Positions 39,290 through 47,942 are shown, numbered from the stretch's first letter. The stretch is 64,000 nt of DNA from Pseudobdellovibrionaceae bacterium (GCA_015163855.1 JAAOIK010000007.1:28824-92823), one strand, 5' to 3'. Numbers and translations are program-made. The notes: generated by a model not told the origin, from the sequence alone.

Positions 39290-39366
39290 TTGACTAGATT
39301 AAATAGGGGAATTTTATTCTTTACTAGACTATAATTATAGTGCACTAGACTATGGACTATAGGTAA
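39290..39366 (+). promoter_or_regulatory. Candidate promoter and operator region of the exbB-gsp operon
   Basis: TTGACT (39290-39295), 17 nt, TTTATT (39313-39318). A perfect 12-bp palindrome CTATAATTATAG sits at 39329-39340. Four ACTAT/ATAGT half-sites are present. ACTATGGACTATAGGTAA (39349-39366) recurs inverted at 48026-48041. Confidence 0.35.
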
Positions 39367-39431
39367 AAAAAGAACCTTATGTTTTTGTTAAAAACTCTAT
39401 AAAGTGAAAGAAATATTATCTGGAGATAGTC

Positions 39432-40079
39432 ATGGATTTTACAAATGCTTTTTTTAACATTTCAAAGTGGGGACACGAATTTACATTATACCTATTAATT
39501 TTACTCAGTATTACAAGTATTGCTTTTATTTTAGAGCGCTGGTTTTTTTTAAAGAAAATTTTAGCTAAAAGTAAAATTGCACAAACAAATATAGATAGCA
39601 TTATACAAACTGGCGAATTAAAAGAACTAGAAAACTTAGCTTATGACAAAAGTTCTTTAGAGGGAGAAATAACTTCATACACCCTTAAACATATTAAAAG
39701 AAATAGTCAAAAAGGTATTAGCGAATTATTTTCTGCTTTTATCATGGGAAAAAAACAATCCTTAGACAAACGCTTAAGCTTTTTAGCTAGTGTGGGGTCT
39801 AATGCTCCTTTTATTGGATTACTGGGAACAGTGTTTGGTATCATGGATGCGTTTAAAGAACTAGCAAAATCACAAGGCGACGCTAGTGGAGTTATGTTAG
39901 GAATATCTAAAGCTCTTTTAGCCACTGCAGTGGGTTTAATTGTAGCCATTCCCGCGGTTGTTGCCTTTAACTTTTTTAAAACGCGAGTGTCTGAAATTTG
40001 CAACAACTTAACAAGCCTTCAAGATCTCTTTATTGCTTATGGGCACAACTATGAAAAATTGCAAGATAAGCAATCGTAA
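39432..40079 (+). CDS. exbB: MotA/TolQ/ExbB-family proton channel protein
   Basis: Three TM helices with the family pattern (LLILLSITSIAFILERWFF; APFIGLLGTVFGIMDAF; LLATAVGLIVAIPAVVAFNFF). GGAGA Shine-Dalgarno upstream. Confidence 0.88.
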   Translation: MDFTNAFFNISKWGHEFTLYLLILLSITSIAFILERWFFLKKILAKSKIAQTNIDSIIQTGELKELENLAYDKSSLEGEITSYTLKHIKRNSQKGISELFSAFIMGKKQSLDKRLSFLASVGSNAPFIGLLGTVFGIMDAFKELAKSQGDASGVMLGISKALLATAVGLIVAIPAVVAFNFFKTRVSEICNNLTSLQDLFIAYGHNYEKLQDKQS

Positions 40080-40103
40080 ATACTACAGTACAAAGGATTA
40101 AAC

Positions 40104-40508
40104 ATGGGTGCCTCCATAAGAAATAACGACGAACAAATTGCAGAAATTAATATCGTTCCTTTTGTAGATATTATTTTAGTAGTGCTAATTATTTTTATGG
40201 TAACTGCCCCCATGATTATTACCCCTAGTATTAAGATTGATCTACCCAAAGCCAGTTCGGGAACTAAAACCGCAGCTTCTCCGTTAAATATTAGCATCAG
40301 CCGCACAGGAAGAGTCCGTATCAACGGAAAAGTAATTAGTTCAAGGCATATTATTGCAAAAATAAAACGGCTATTAAGAAAAAATAAAAAGTTACAAGCT
40401 ATTATTTCTGCTGACAAAAATGTAGCACATGGTAAAGTAATTTCTGTAATAGATAAGGTAAAATCTGCAGGAATATTTAAGTTTGCCATTTCTATAGATA
40501 AAAAATAA
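40104..40508 (+). CDS. exbD: ExbD/TolR-family protein
   Basis: A single N-terminal TM with the conserved Asp (INIVPFVDIILVVLIIFMV) and a periplasmic domain of about 90 aa. It lies 24 nt after exbB. Confidence 0.88.
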   Translation: MGASIRNNDEQIAEINIVPFVDIILVVLIIFMVTAPMIITPSIKIDLPKASSGTKTAASPLNISISRTGRVRINGKVISSRHIIAKIKRLLRKNKKLQAIISADKNVAHGKVISVIDKVKSAGIFKFAISIDKK

Positions 40509-40524
40509 TAAAAAGGAATTTATA

Positions 40525-40962
40525 ATGAAAGACACTTTGCTTTCTCAATTTTACAAAAATACTCTTATAAAAAGCAACAAAGCCATGACTCTTTTAGAGA
40601 TTATGATTGTATTAGCTATTGTTGCCTTAATGGCTTCTTTAATCGGTCCGCAAGTAATAGGACAATTAAATAGCTCTAAAGTGAAAGAAGTAAAAATTCA
40701 AATTTCTGAATTAAGTAAGACTTTAGATATTTTTTACACAGATTGTGGCTTTTACCCTGAAGAATTAACCGCTTTATTAGAAAAACCCAGCAACTGTGAA
40801 AACTGGGGGCCAGATCCTTATATTAAAAAAATTCCAAAAGATGCATGGGGGCAAGAATTTATTTATGAACTAGAAGATAACAAACCCATTATTATCTCCT
40901 ATGGCGAGGACAGAAGAGAAGGTGGCTCAAAAAATGCATCTGACATTTCTTCTGAAGATTAG
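40525..40962 (+). CDS. gspG: Major type II secretion pseudopilin GspG
   Basis: Prepilin N-terminus KA|MTLLEIMIVLAIVA, DAWGQEF (compare DPWG) and YGEDRREGG (compare GADGxEGG). AAGGA Shine-Dalgarno upstream. It starts 16 nt after exbD. Confidence 0.9.
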   Translation: MKDTLLSQFYKNTLIKSNKAMTLLEIMIVLAIVALMASLIGPQVIGQLNSSKVKEVKIQISELSKTLDIFYTDCGFYPEELTALLEKPSNCENWGPDPYIKKIPKDAWGQEFIYELEDNKPIIISYGEDRREGGSKNASDISSED

Positions 40963-40987
40963 CCACTAGGTAACAATAAAAACATTT

Positions 40988-41605
40988 GTGAGTTTTATAA
41001 AAAATTATTGTTTTTTTATACCTAAAAACAGTAAGGCATTTAGCCTTTTAGAAGTAATGATAGTTTTGGCTATTTTAGCCTCTATTGCTAGCCTGGCTAT
41101 CCCTCAACTATCTAGTCAAAACTATTCTCGCAAAGGTTTTTTTAGAAAGCTTATTGCTTTAGACAAACAATTAAGAAGTTTAGCACAGCTGCAGAACCGC
41201 ACCTATAGAATTAATTTTCAAGTAAATCCATTATCTAAAAAATCGACCACCCTTTTTTGGGTAGATTATAAAAGTGGGCAAGAAACCATAACACCTAATA
41301 AAAACACCAACTCTAAAAATTTAAGCGCTTTTCTTTCGGAATGGACAATGGCAAAAAAAATATTAAAAAAAAAGCAGAAGCTTCCCCACTTGCTAGAAAT
41401 TGTAAACATACAGCTAGAGGGGTTTAAAAAGCCACTACAGTCTGGCTTAATTTCTATTTATTTTTTTCCCCAAGGAGTTACGCAAAAAGCGGTAATACAT
41501 TTTTCTGAAAACAAAAAACAAAAATGGTCTTTTGTAGTGCATACTTTTATTAGTAAAAATAATTTATTAACAAAACACATTTCTTTTAAAGAAGCTTTTC
41601 AATAA
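40988..41605 (+). CDS. gspH: Minor pseudopilin GspH
   Basis: GTG start. Prepilin N-terminus SKA|FSLLEVMIVLAILASIASLAIPQL. Size and position after gspG fit GspH. Confidence 0.75.
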   Translation: MSFIKNYCFFIPKNSKAFSLLEVMIVLAILASIASLAIPQLSSQNYSRKGFFRKLIALDKQLRSLAQLQNRTYRINFQVNPLSKKSTTLFWVDYKSGQETITPNKNTNSKNLSAFLSEWTMAKKILKKKQKLPHLLEIVNIQLEGFKKPLQSGLISIYFFPQGVTQKAVIHFSENKKQKWSFVVHTFISKNNLLTKHISFKEAFQ

Positions 41606-41630
41606 GAACAAAACGGTTTAATATTAAGAC

Positions 41631-42128
41631 ATGTCTAGCATTTTTAATAACAAAGGCTTAACGCTAATTGAGGTTTTAATCGCAGTCGCTATTTTAGTTG
41701 GCGGTGTAGTAGTTATTAGCAGTTCTTGGTCGGGAACTTTATTAAAAATTAGAAAAGCAAAAATTTATAATGAAGTACATTATTTATTACAAAAAAAAAT
41801 GGCAGAAATAGAAATTCAATACAAAAGTACTCCTATTAATGAAATACCTGAAGAAATTAGTGGAACTTTTTTAAAGCCTTACGGGAAGTATAAATGGCAA
41901 GTAAAATCACAAAATATGTCTTTGCCCAATTTAAAATCTTTAATTGAAAATCAAAATTCTAGCGAACAGTCTCAAAACATTTTATCTGCGGCTTTATCTC
42001 AATTACAAAAAGCGGTAAAAGAAGTACAAGTTACCGTAATTCTTCCTAATAAGAAAAATACTTTGTCTTATCACCTAGCTACCTACTTTGTAGACTACCA
42101 TGCGGCTTCTAAAATAGGAGGCTTCTGA
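41631..42128 (+). CDS. gspI: Minor pseudopilin GspI
   Basis: Prepilin N-terminus NNKG|LTLIEVLIAVAIL. Position between gspH and gspJ. Confidence 0.78.
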   Translation: MSSIFNNKGLTLIEVLIAVAILVGGVVVISSSWSGTLLKIRKAKIYNEVHYLLQKKMAEIEIQYKSTPINEIPEEISGTFLKPYGKYKWQVKSQNMSLPNLKSLIENQNSSEQSQNILSAALSQLQKAVKEVQVTVILPNKKNTLSYHLATYFVDYHAASKIGGF

Positions 42129-42946
42129 TTTTAAAAAATAATATAGGCTTCACCTTAATAGAAACTTTAATTGCAACTACTATTTTAGCTTTTTTATCTA
42201 TAAATAGTGCCCAAAGCATTAGTCAGGCTTTAAAACAAAAAACAAAAATACAAAGTCGCATAGACGATAATACTGTAATACAACAAAGCTTAAACCTTAT
42301 GGAAAGAGACATAAGTCGTATTTTTAACTATGCCGACATTCCCGAAGCTGTTAATCAATTAAGCCAACTAAACCATTGGAAAAAACAGGTTTTAAGAAAT
42401 AAGCAATTAAAACCTAGCGAACAATTAACTATTATTAAACCCAAGGTAACACCCTTAAGATTTTTATATAAATTTCAAGGCAAAGAAGAGCAAGTTAACT
42501 TTATTAGCGCTAACCAAGCTAGGCTATTTTCTAATCAAAACTTAACCCGCTTGCAAGAAATTAGCTATTATACTGCAAGTTGCAAATCTTCTAAACAAGG
42601 CCTTTGTTTATGGCGAAGAAATTCTTCTGTGATAGATGGCAATGTAGAAAAAGGAGGCCAATCCTTTAGTTTATTATCCAACATAACTAGTTTAAAATTT
42701 CGCTATATTGGAGGTAAGCAAAAAAATCCTGAATGGAAAACAGAATGGCCTTTTTTTTCTGAAGTAAGTACCAACACCCCCCTGCCCTATGCTATAGAAA
42801 TTACTTTGAAAGTTAAAGTTAAAGAAACTGTAAAACAATTTCAAAAAATTGCTTTAATTCATCACCCTGATATTTTTGTTCCAAAAATGAAAATCTCTAC
42901 TTTTACTGCTCCTTCTACTTTAACCCTTCCAGTCTCTAAACCATAA
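42128..42946 (+). CDS. gspJ: Minor pseudopilin GspJ, with the start extended to a non-canonical ATT codon
   Basis: The prepilin segment NNIG|FTLIETLIATTILAFL is encoded at 42137-42190, upstream of the first ATG (42299). The in-frame stop at 42110 leaves no ATG, GTG or TTG. ATT at 42128 lies 6 nt after a perfect AGGAGG (42116-42121) and shares its first base with the last base of the gspI TGA. CTG at 42125 is an alternative. Confidence 0.8.
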   Translation: MLKNNIGFTLIETLIATTILAFLSINSAQSISQALKQKTKIQSRIDDNTVIQQSLNLMERDISRIFNYADIPEAVNQLSQLNHWKKQVLRNKQLKPSEQLTIIKPKVTPLRFLYKFQGKEEQVNFISANQARLFSNQNLTRLQEISYYTASCKSSKQGLCLWRRNSSVIDGNVEKGGQSFSLLSNITSLKFRYIGGKQKNPEWKTEWPFFSEVSTNTPLPYAIEITLKVKVKETVKQFQKIALIHHPDIFVPKMKISTFTAPSTLTLPVSKP

Positions 42947-42958
42947 ACCTAAAACATT

Positions 42959-44182
42959 ATGAAAAAAAATTGCTTTCCATCCCCCTTATTTCTGCTTAAA
43001 AATAACAAAGCTGTTGCTTTACTATTAGCTCTATTTAGCCTTACTATGAGTATTTGGGTGGCCACAGAATTGTCTTATGACTCTAATGTGGAATATGTTT
43101 TAGCTTCACGAAAACTACAAAAATTACAAGCCTACTACGCTGCAAAAGCTGGTGCCAACATTAGTTTGCTAAGAATTTTTTTATTTAAAAAAGCGGTAAA
43201 AACTTTTGCCACAAAAACGGGTGCTTTAGAATCTAGCTTTGAACCCATCTGGAGCTTTCCCCTAGCCTGGCCACCTAGTTTATACCTACCTTCGGATTTT
43301 TCTAAAGATGCCAAAGCGGCTTTTGCGGAGACCGAAAAAGGCTCTTTTATAAAAGCACAATACACAACCAGCATCAGTGTGGAAGATAATAAAGTGGATA
43401 TTAATGATCTAGTTTCTCCATCTAAACTTTTATCTACATTTAGCAAACAACAATTTATTAACATTTTTAAAACAGAGGTAGAAAATAACGAAAAGTTTGG
43501 GGCGAAATATCGTGATTATAACTTTGCCGAGCTAGCCAATAACTTTATAGATTGGATAGACAAAGATTTTGAAAGCTTAAACGGAGGAGATGAAAAATCC
43601 TTTTATGCCGATTGGATAGATCAATATAAATCCATACAAGACACTTCTGATTACATTCCTCCTAATCAATACTTTAAACATATTAGTGAGCTAAGAATGG
43701 TAAGTGCAATGAATGACGATTTTTTTCAATTATTAGAAAATAAAGTGACTTTATTTGGTAGTAAAAAAATTAATTTAAACCATATGGATATTGAACTATT
43801 AAAAAGCTTTCCTTGGGCTACTCCAGAAGTAATCTCTGCTTTTGAAGAAAGGGTAAGTTCTCAAAGTTTTGTTAATGTCGAAGATTTTAAAAGCTTTTTA
43901 AAAGAATTTGATTTAGCCGAAAACGTAGACACATCTATTTTTAGCTTTGACTCTGGTGTCAATTTTCAAATCACTAGTACTGGTATAGTAAACAATACCT
44001 CTTATACCATTAAGCTAATCACTTACGATATAAATGAAACCATAGAGCGATTAAGTGAAATTTTGTTTTTTGAAGAGGAAGAAAAAAACCCTGCCTCACA
44101 AGGGAAAAAACTAAAATATAAAAAAAATAATTACTTTTTGCCCAACAAAAGTCCTGTTGTTGTGCATTGGCAAGAGTTTTAA
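42959..44182 (+). CDS. gspK: Minor pseudopilin GspK
   Basis: N-terminal hydrophobic segment without Glu5 (NKA|VALLLALFSLTMSIWVA), a GspK-type helical start (LQAYYAAKAGANISLLRI), 407 aa, and position after gspJ. Confidence 0.75.
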   Translation: MKKNCFPSPLFLLKNNKAVALLLALFSLTMSIWVATELSYDSNVEYVLASRKLQKLQAYYAAKAGANISLLRIFLFKKAVKTFATKTGALESSFEPIWSFPLAWPPSLYLPSDFSKDAKAAFAETEKGSFIKAQYTTSISVEDNKVDINDLVSPSKLLSTFSKQQFINIFKTEVENNEKFGAKYRDYNFAELANNFIDWIDKDFESLNGGDEKSFYADWIDQYKSIQDTSDYIPPNQYFKHISELRMVSAMNDDFFQLLENKVTLFGSKKINLNHMDIELLKSFPWATPEVISAFEERVSSQSFVNVEDFKSFLKEFDLAENVDTSIFSFDSGVNFQITSTGIVNNTSYTIKLITYDINETIERLSEILFFEEEEKNPASQGKKLKYKKNNYFLPNKSPVVVHWQEF

Positions 44183-44226
44183 AAAAAAGCTTTTATCTTC
44201 TGACTTTTAAATGCTAAAATTTTTAA

Positions 44227-45813
44227 ATGAAGTATCTTGGGTTAGACATTACATCGACAGAAATTCGAGCTATTTTAATTCAAAAAAATGCCTTGCAATA
44301 TTCTATTATAGAAAAAAAAAGCTTTCCTTTAATACCAAACACAGACGACGCTTTATTAAAAACTTTATTACAGGTGCAATCTTATTTTGCTTATAACGAC
44401 ATACAAACTTGTGTTGGAGTAGAAGCCAGCAAATGCTTTGTTCGTACTTTACAACTTCCCTTTTCTCAAAAATTTAAACTCAATAAAATTTTACCCTTTC
44501 AACTAGAAGAAGAGTTACCAGTAGAGCCCAACAACTTAGCTACAGATATGTTATTTCTAAATAAGTCTAAAGAAAAAGACTCAGAAATTTTAGTGGTAGC
44601 TACTAAGAAAAAAGAATTACAACTATTAATAAAAAATCTTAATGCATTAAACTTTAATTTAGAATCTATAGCCCCTATTCAATTAAGCTTAACTAGTATC
44701 CTTCCTTCTTTTGAGGAAGATTCCTTTGCAAAAAAAACAAAAGTGTATTTAAACTTAGATTTACGCTCTAGCTACCTTAATATAGCAAAAATTTATAATG
44801 GACAGTGTTACATTACTCAATCTACTCCACTTAATTATAGCCTAAGTACATTGATTAAACAGCTGGCCGATAAATACTCTATTTCGTTAGAGCAGGCAGA
44901 AACAGAATTTTTAAAAAATAGCTTTATTGTAATGCCTACTCACTTAAATGGCATTACTCCAGAGCAAAAAGAATTTTCGGATAACATTACATCTCACCTA
45001 CAAGAATTTATTACAGAAATAAAAAAAGAATTTTTAAAATTAAAATTAACCGGTGAAGATTTAGCATCTATAGAAATTTATGGCGAAGCCCTGTGCATAA
45101 AAAATTTGAAACCATTTTTAAAGCAAGAAATAAATATAACTATAACAGACTTTCAAACACAGGTATTGCAATCTCCAGAAGAATTAAGTGCTAAACATGA
45201 TATTAAAAACGCCAAATTTATAAATGCGCTAAGTCTAGCTGTAAGTATGTCTACACCCTTAAAGCAAATCAATTTTTTACAAGGCGAATTATCCCCAAGT
45301 AATCAAAAAATAAAAAAATTTTGGACATCTAATCAGTCAGTAATAAAAATTGGTCTCGCCACATGGACCATTGCCATAATATTTGGATTTTTTAAACAAA
45401 GCATAACCTATAAAATGGCTGATGACAGCTACTTTAATTTAAAAAAGATTGCAAAAAAAACGACTAAATTAAAAGGCAGAAAGTTAAAACTTAGTAGCAT
45501 AAAAAAGATAGTTAAAACTTATAAAAAACAAAAAAACTCGCAAGATTTTTTTTCTCAGCTGCAAAAAGTTAAAACGCCCATTTATTTTTTTAATAAACTT
45601 TCTACTATGCCTCGCACCATTAATGTGAATATTACTTATCTAGATATTTCTACTGTAAAAAAACAAATGACAGTAAAAGGCTATAGCAAAGATAGTGTAT
45701 CTTCTATAAACTTTAAAAGTTATTTACAAAGCATTAGTAAAAATAAAAAGCCTATAGGAAGGGCTGTTAAAACAGGCAGTGGAACTACATTTAACTATAC
45801 TATCCCCTTATAA
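44227..45813 (+). CDS. gspL: GspL-like assembly-platform protein (actin-like PilM/GspL cytoplasmic domain, TM, periplasmic domain)
   Basis: The N-terminus MKYLGLDITSTEIRAILIQ resembles PilM/GspL actin-like domains. A single TM (VIKIGLATWTIAIIFGFF) lies near residue 380. Position after gspK. Confidence 0.65.
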   Translation: MKYLGLDITSTEIRAILIQKNALQYSIIEKKSFPLIPNTDDALLKTLLQVQSYFAYNDIQTCVGVEASKCFVRTLQLPFSQKFKLNKILPFQLEEELPVEPNNLATDMLFLNKSKEKDSEILVVATKKKELQLLIKNLNALNFNLESIAPIQLSLTSILPSFEEDSFAKKTKVYLNLDLRSSYLNIAKIYNGQCYITQSTPLNYSLSTLIKQLADKYSISLEQAETEFLKNSFIVMPTHLNGITPEQKEFSDNITSHLQEFITEIKKEFLKLKLTGEDLASIEIYGEALCIKNLKPFLKQEINITITDFQTQVLQSPEELSAKHDIKNAKFINALSLAVSMSTPLKQINFLQGELSPSNQKIKKFWTSNQSVIKIGLATWTIAIIFGFFKQSITYKMADDSYFNLKKIAKKTTKLKGRKLKLSSIKKIVKTYKKQKNSQDFFSQLQKVKTPIYFFNKLSTMPRTINVNITYLDISTVKKQMTVKGYSKDSVSSINFKSYLQSISKNKKPIGRAVKTGSGTTFNYTIPL

Positions 45814-45815
45814 TT

Positions 45816-46409
45816 ATGAAAGAAAATATCTTAAATCTTATTTCTACCCTGCAAGAACAAGTAAAAGTTTTGTTAATTCAAATTCAAGAACAAACTTTTT
45901 ACAATGTAACAAAAGATTATTACCAAAATTCTTCGGTAATTATTCAAAAAATAATTAAATACAGCTGCCTGGCTTTAAGTGTTTTTATTATTATCTATAT
46001 TCCCTATTCTTTTATAAATGCATCTAATATGGATATTAAAGTATTTTTAGAACATAAAAATTTAGCAGAAAATTTAATTCAATCTAAAACTAAACCGCTA
46101 AAATCGCACCATAGCCATGGCCCCTTTGCTTTTGATAAAATTAAACAAAGTATTGAACAAAAATTACAAAAATTTCAATTATCCACTCAACAAAGCTATA
46201 AAATTAAAAAAATAAATAGCGGATTAATTATTAATGTTCGCTGGTTAAATTTAGAAGAATTTATTACTATATCAAAAATCTTAGAAAAAATTCATCCTCA
46301 ATTAAAAATGACACAGCTAAAGATGACTCCCGAAAGAAGAGAGCTGTATTTTAATACCGTTTTTATATTTAAATATTTTAATATTAAACAAAATATAGCA
46401 AAAAAATAA
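45816..46409 (+). CDS. gspM: GspM-like bitopic assembly protein
   Basis: 197 aa with one TM (CLALSVFIIIYIPYSF). It starts 2 nt after gspL. The call rests on size, topology and gene order. Confidence 0.5.
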   Translation: MKENILNLISTLQEQVKVLLIQIQEQTFYNVTKDYYQNSSVIIQKIIKYSCLALSVFIIIYIPYSFINASNMDIKVFLEHKNLAENLIQSKTKPLKSHHSHGPFAFDKIKQSIEQKLQKFQLSTQQSYKIKKINSGLIINVRWLNLEEFITISKILEKIHPQLKMTQLKMTPERRELYFNTVFIFKYFNIKQNIAKK

Positions 46410-46428
46410 AGCTTTACTTTTACAACCC

Positions 46429-47349
46429 ATGTTTATACTAAAAAATCTTTTTTCTATTATAAAAAATAATAAATACTTAATTATCTTAGGCTTAGGCTTA
46501 ACTTTTTTGTTTGTTACTTTATTACTGCCTTATCAAGACATTAACACTTACATCAGTTCGCAAATAAATACTTACACTAATGGAAAAGTACAGTTTACAG
46601 CGAAAAAATTTTTGATATCTCCTTTTATGGAATTGCAATTTATGGACAGTATAACTTCTTACAAAAAAATAGAAGTTCCTATAAAAAAAATTGCTATCAA
46701 ACCTTTGTGGCTACAAAGCTTATTGCTTAATTTTGGCATAGAAGTAAATGCGCATTCTATTTTTGAAGGCAATATACAGCTTGTTGTAAAAAAAAATAAA
46801 AGCAAAAAACACCCCCTAGCTTTTAATGCTTACTTGCAAAATATTTCTTTAGAAAAATTACCACTACCCTTTATTAAATTACATGGAAAAATTTCTGCTA
46901 ATATAAAAACTTTAATAAACCCCCATTGGCTTTATGCTCCTAATATTTATTTAGAAGTAATTAATAACAAAAAAATACAAGTATTTAGATCTAAAATCCC
47001 TAGCCCTTTTGGTCCTATACAAATCCCTTTAATACACTTTTCAAAATTAAAAATAAAAGCCGCTACTCAAAAAGAAGTGCTAAATATTCAAAATCTAGAA
47101 CTGGGCTCCTCCACAGATGCTTTATATATTAAAATAGCCGGTACCGCTGCTTTAACTATTAAAAAACAAAGACGCAAAAATACTCTGTCTATAAAAAATT
47201 ATAAATTATCCGTCTATATTAAAGCGCAACAACCTCCCCCTAGCTGGAAAAGTTTATTGGCTTTACTAGACAATTATAAAACAGGAAATGTGTACCAGTT
47301 TCATATTAAAGGTAATAGCCTTAACGCTATTCCAGAATTAACACGATAA
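46429..47349 (+). CDS. gspN: GspN-like (possibly GspC-like) bitopic T2SS accessory protein
   Basis: 306 aa with an N-terminal TM (YLIILGLGLTFLFVTLLLPY). It is the last gene of the string. The call rests on gene order and topology only. Confidence 0.4.
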   Translation: MFILKNLFSIIKNNKYLIILGLGLTFLFVTLLLPYQDINTYISSQINTYTNGKVQFTAKKFLISPFMELQFMDSITSYKKIEVPIKKIAIKPLWLQSLLLNFGIEVNAHSIFEGNIQLVVKKNKSKKHPLAFNAYLQNISLEKLPLPFIKLHGKISANIKTLINPHWLYAPNIYLEVINNKKIQVFRSKIPSPFGPIQIPLIHFSKLKIKAATQKEVLNIQNLELGSSTDALYIKIAGTAALTIKKQRRKNTLSIKNYKLSVYIKAQQPPPSWKSLLALLDNYKTGNVYQFHIKGNSLNAIPELTR

Positions 47350-47522
47350 TCTTTAGCCTTGTTAAATTTGTCGCAGCGCATTGTACACGGCTATTTTACA
47401 GCTTCAGCAGTCTAGAATCCTTATTTCGTTTTTTTTTAATGCACCTGCGCAATAAGACCCTTTAAGTGCTGGATTTTTTTTGCAAACATGCTTATAAAGA
47501 AACACATATATGGAGGATATTT

Positions 47523-47942
47523 ATGAGTTTAAATAAAGCAATGATCATCGGAAGACTAGGTAACAATCCTGAAGTGAAAACTATCTCTACGGGCAACACT
47601 GTAGCTAATTTTAGTATTGCTACCAGTGAAAATTGGCTAAAAGATGGAGAAAAGCAAGAACGAACAGAATGGCACCGCATTGTAGTATGGGGAAAAATGG
47701 CCGACATTTGTGGTAAATACTTGTCTAAAGGCAGCTCTGTATATGTAGAGGGTCGCATTCAAACTCGATCTTGGGAAGATAAAGACGGGCAAAAGCGCTA
47801 CACTACCGAAATTAACGCACAACGGGTTCAATTTTTAGATACAAAAAAATCACAAAATGCTACGACTTCTACGGAAGATCATTTTACTCCAGCTGTATCT
47901 GCTGAGCCACAATTTGATGCTGGCGAAGAAATTCCTTTTTAA
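47523..47942 (+). CDS. ssb: Single-stranded DNA-binding protein
   Basis: [19 protein letters not shown]...[13 protein letters not shown]-fold and acidic tip DAGEEIPF. I prefer the ATG at 47523 (GGAGGA 5 nt upstream) to the GTG at 47466. Confidence 0.94.
   Translation: MSLNKAMIIGRLGNNPEVKTISTGNTVANFSIATSENWLKDGEKQERTEWHRIVVWGKMADICGKYLSKGSSVYVEGRIQTRSWEDKDGQKRYTTEINAQRVQFLDTKKSQNATTSTEDHFTPAVSAEPQFDAGEEIPF

Noticed and set aside
40049-40489. 146-aa ORF antisense to exbD
   Set aside because: It covers almost exactly the exbD gene on the opposite strand. exbD has the conserved TM Asp and family topology, and the antisense ORF has none.
44211-44396. 61-aa ORF overlapping the gspL start in another frame
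   Set aside because: It is short, has no motifs, and the overlapping 528-aa frame has the PilM/GspL-type N-terminus.
47466-47522. Longer N-terminal extensions offered by the ORF track for ssb (GTG 47466), bcp (TTG 62707), the coiled-coil gene (TTG 7331) and rpmG (GTG 12299)
   Set aside because: In each case a downstream ATG has a well-spaced Shine-Dalgarno and gives the family-typical N-terminus (for example [13 protein letters not shown] for SSB). The extensions add non-conserved residues.
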